Origin: an uncultured Desulfobulbaceae bacterium
GTDB lineage: Bacteria > Desulfobacterota > Desulfobulbia > Desulfobulbales > BM004
Reading direction: 5' to 3'
DNA length: 64,000 nucleotides
NCBI GenBank assembly: GCA_945787325.1
Contig: CALZHP010000001.1
Span: 73 to 64,072, forward strand
Part shown: positions 63,914-64,000 of the stretch, piece after piece
How positions within the stretch are numbered: the first letter of the stretch is position 1
Layout: each line of letters starts with the position of its first letter
Notes under the pieces: model-generated
Database searches by the model: none
Told to the model about the DNA's origin: nothing
What the model saw: the letters and a program-made list of their open reading frames with translations, nothing else
Translations under genes and position numbers: made by a program

Positions 63914-64000
63914 GTTAAAATAAAGCCTTCTTTGTGGGTTTATTGTTAAAAATTGATTTATAGAAAATCGTGCATTGTAGATAAAGATATCAAATAAACC

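Noticed and set aside
1-64000. Searched by eye for CRISPR arrays, tRNA/rRNA genes, IS elements, integrases, phage genes and toxin-antitoxin pairs.
   Set aside because: I found none. Intergenic regions are short and AT-rich with no direct-repeat arrays, and no ORF shows transposase, integrase or recombinase motifs. The only compositional anomaly is the AT-rich PKS leader.

Overview
This is a contiguous bacterial chromosomal segment of about 40% GC by eye. I saw no rRNA, tRNA, CRISPR or IS/transposase signatures. The gene content suggests a Desulfobacterota-like (deltaproteobacterial) anaerobe, but that is an inference: citramalate synthase, purB followed by a DUF4911-type gene, a heme-c sensor kinase, sigma54 enhancer-binding proteins and a single-subunit-type GOGAT.

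Gene content by region:
- 1-22.7 kb: housekeeping genes. These are trmL, an M23 peptidase, lysC, cimA, comEA-like, a znuA-like gene, miaA, pgsA, recJ, purB, a TolC-family gene, miaB, a PHP phosphoesterase, a polysaccharide deacetylase, a glucosaminidase, a parE/parC-like topoisomerase pair and thiD.
- 22.7-25.1 kb: a minus-strand operon of cutA, a Cys-rich miniprotein, a Cache-like membrane sensor and a TlpA-like thioredoxin.
- 26.9-38.5 kb: a 12-gene minus-strand LPS inner-core / ADP-heptose cluster. It contains hldE, gmhA, a deoxyhypusine-synthase-like gene, GT2, GT4, an O-antigen-ligase-like gene, two zinc-ribbon methyltransferases, waaC, GT2, gmhB and waaF.
- 38.6-40.4 kb: an orphan YcaO-TPR fusion.
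- 41-47 kb: periplasmic Met-rich and YtkA-like lipoproteins, a second Cache-like sensor, and a heme-c histidine kinase / REC / hybrid kinase phosphorelay.
- 47.3-51.9 kb: gltB.

The most interesting block is 52.4-63.9 kb, all on the minus strand. It runs from an NtrC-type sigma54 activator, through palindromes and a near-consensus -24/-12 promoter, to an AT-rich 160-codon ORF. That ORF is translationally coupled to a 2498-aa single-module type I PKS with the order KS-AT-ACP-KR-DH-PPTase-like-methyltransferase. This resembles an enediyne PKSE with an extra C-terminal methyltransferase, and there is no thioesterase or warhead cassette in view. Next come a ParA ATPase fused to a CBM48/AMPK-beta-type glycogen-binding domain and a small basic-N-terminus protein.

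Novelty cannot be established without database searches. All functional calls rest on motifs read directly from the translations.
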